Assembly (NCBI RefSeq): GCF_004010195.1
Contig: NC_057718.1
Coordinates: forward strand, 93,740,179 to 93,804,178
Length of the DNA stretch: 64,000 nt
Direction of reading: 5' to 3'
Source of the DNA: Chiloscyllium plagiosum
Lineage: Eukaryota
Position 1 is the first letter of the stretch. Every line of letters starts with the position of its first letter. The position numbers were made by a program, and so were the translations under genes. Shown piece by piece: positions 61,401 to 64,000 of the stretch. A model generated the notes under the pieces. The model was given only the letters and a program-made list of their open reading frames with translations. It made no database searches and was not told the origin of the DNA.

Positions 61401-63654
61401 GAAGAGGTAACAGCCAGGAGCTGAAAGACCAGTTCCTGGTGCTGTAAGAAGATTGAACACAGACTGTCCTCTCCAAAATGATTCCCTAAGCCTGTTTATT
61501 TTGAAATTGATCTCAGAGCAATAAGCAGATGGATAGGACAAAGGGATTGAAGTTTACCTAAAGATAAAATAGGAATTATTATGATCACATTTTGCTTGGC
61601 TTTACTGTTCGAATTTACACTGCTATTTTCAAGGTTAGAAATGACACTGCTATTTTGACAGTAGAACAGAAAACGGCACAAATATTATTGAAGATGGTAA
61701 AAAGTAACTTTGAGTGTTACAATGAGGAATTCCATCCAAATCTGTCCCCATTGCTGCAAGATTGCATGTGGCTATTTAACCACTGCCATGACTCACCAAG
61801 CAACTCACTCTGCAATCTGATACTGAGCCTGACTCATATCGAACTTATTCATAATGTTAACAGGCAAAGTCATTACCTGTGATAAGGCTGTGTTTTTCCA
61901 TCATTTATTTGAAACACTAAACAAGGTGTCAGCTCTAAATCTGTCAGTCCAGCTGTGAGGCATATGCCAAGGACTAACCCAGGATTTAATTAAAGCCAGT
62001 GGGATAGTGAGATTGATGGACATGTTTTGTGTCTGTCCCAGGCCTGGTATGAGTGAATTTACCTAGCATTGCACTTAATACTTATCAAAATATTTTTTCA
62101 ATGTCTGTGATAGATTTACAATTTTGTGAAATTGGTGACTGGATGAAGCTTCTGTTGTAGAAGCAGGTGAATTATGATTTCCATTGAGAACTGGAAGTAT
62201 TCTGTAACAGTTAAAAAGTTGAAAAGGTACATAAAGATACCAATGTACATATGAAAGTTTTTAACCAGTTATTTATTATGTTTGGGGAATAAACAGCCAC
62301 ATGGACTCTGTTATACTGTATACCAATGATGCATTAATGCTTTACATCATATTTTAACAATGTTAGAGGAACCAAGACGGCCATTTGGAATATGCTGTAA
62401 TACTTTTAAAATTCTTTCATGGGATATGAGTATCACTGGCAAAGCCAGAATTTGTTACCCATCCCGAACTGCACTTCAGAAGGTGGTAATGCGCTGTTGC
62501 GAGCTATCTGGTGTTGTTAGGAAGAGAATTTCTCTACAGAGCAATTCAGTTATTTCCATTGCCTGACTGTATTGAAATCAATCAGCTTTTAATGTGAGTT
62601 TCTCATTCTTTTATATTTGCACCCAAAATCACTGTTATTGTCAGCTGTGGCACAGATTTGTAGTTTCATTCTGACCTTGGTACATTCAAATGCTGATTTC
62701 CACACTTGTTCTTCAAATAGTAAATTAACAAAAAAGCATAACTTATTCTTTCCATTGAAGACAAGATTGGCAATAAGATTTCACTTGAAATTACCACATC
62801 AGTTGCGGTTAATTGCTACAAAGACAAGGGGTGTACAGCACAACTGGAAAGCTACGGGCAACAGCATAAGCCTGCAGGAAGAAACACTCCTGTATCTGCT
62901 TATACAGCTGAGTTATACACTGTCAGGATTGGTGGAGGGGTCTAAAATACTGCTAAAGCTTGTTTGCTTCTTGCAGAAAACATTTTGACAGAACTGATCC
63001 ATAAAGCATTCTTTTGTCTTTGTGAGAATGTTTTGAAGCCATTTCTTTTATACTTCCTCGGTGATAGGGAAGTGCATGCATGCACGCTGAAAGGAATTCT
63101 GTTAGCATGGAAAGGACTCGTGCAATGATTGATGACCCACTACCTTGATCACCATGCATTTGCCCAGGGTGGTCTCTGCTGTGACTTTAAAGCCACATAA
63201 ACCTCACGTAGCAAAGGCAGCACAAAAGGTATTTCAGCTAAAGAAGGTGCACGAGTTCATGTGGAAAGCAATTTGGCTGGCTTCCAGTAACACTCCTGTT
63301 TGTCAAAACATATATCTTTCTGTAAGGCAGTCCTCAGCATGAAAGGCATGAATTGCAATGTTCCTACTTATTCACACCAAGGAGAAAAATGCTCATTTAA
63401 ACCTGAGTATCTTATCTCTGGTAAGTAATGTTGTTTGTCTTCCATTGTTTCCTGTTTTAGTTCCTACCCTCTTGAGAGAACAGGGAAGCACAATCTAAGC
63501 CCAGACTCTTGGCCTTATTTCCATATGGTGCAGCTGGCCAGATTGTCACAAGACACCCCCTTCCACAGTCGCACGGCTGAGCTGAGCATGGGAATTCGGG
63601 GATAAATTGGTTTTCCATTTGGATCTGAGATGGACTGAACCAATGGGTAGATCG

Positions 63655-63860
63655 TGATTTGGAGGTGCCGGAGTTAGACTGGAATGTACAAAGTTAAAAA
63701 TCACACAACACCAGGTTATAGTCCAACAGGTTTATTTGGAAGCACTAGCTTTCGGAGCGCTGCTCCTTCATCAGGTGGTTGTGGAGACAACCACCTGATG
63801 AAGGAGCAGCGCTCCGAAAGCTAGTGCTTCCAAATAAACCTGTTGGACTATAACCCGGTG
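63655..63860. mobile_element. Family-2 PLE element with two head-to-head intact hammerhead cores
   Basis: 74-bp inverted arms 63709-63782 and 63787-63860 with 1 mismatch. Confidence 0.88.
63790..63826 (+). ncRNA. Minimal type-I hammerhead ribozyme motif (mirror copy on the minus strand at 63743-63779)
   Basis: CAC-CUGAUGA-A-GGAGC-AGC-GCUCC-GAAA-GC-UA-GUG: conserved core, 5-bp stem II, 3-bp stem I, palindromic AGCU in place of stem III; activity untested. Confidence 0.72.
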
Positions 63861-64000
63861 ATGGATGAATCAGACAGCCTTCCACATTGCCAGATCTCTG
63901 GCACCTCTGCACGAATTGTGACTTCCCATGTTTCAATAACTGTGACACAAGAAGTGTGACTTGAATAGTTTAATTAATTAAAATTAAGCAATTCACTACT

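Overview
Repeat-dense, non-coding (intergenic or intronic) vertebrate DNA. The repeat repertoire (HE1-type tRNA-derived SINEs with CR1 tails, many CR1 LINE fragments, Penelope-like element [PLE] termini) points to a cartilaginous fish, probably a shark (inference). No host protein-coding gene could be supported, and the ORFs I could assign are transposon fragments, their antisense shadows or simple repeats. Two things stand out. (1) A decayed but apparently full-length R2-clade retrotransposon (about 50698-56468: zinc fingers, Myb, RT, CCHC, restriction-like endonuclease) lies outside rDNA. It starts with a 22-nt stretch matching the 28S rRNA sequence just upstream of the canonical R2 site, and it splits a CR1 LINE at a junction (..AAA|TAGC..) resembling the 28S target. 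(2) More than 15 short PLE-derived insertions from 2-3 families are present, many with a minimal hammerhead-ribozyme core, several with 10-17 bp target-site duplications (TSDs), and several arranged as near-perfect hairpins. Also present: a decayed Gypsy-like gag, a Tigger-like MITE, mini- and microsatellites. Boundaries of old repeats are approximate (tens of bp), and family names come from recall, not a database search.
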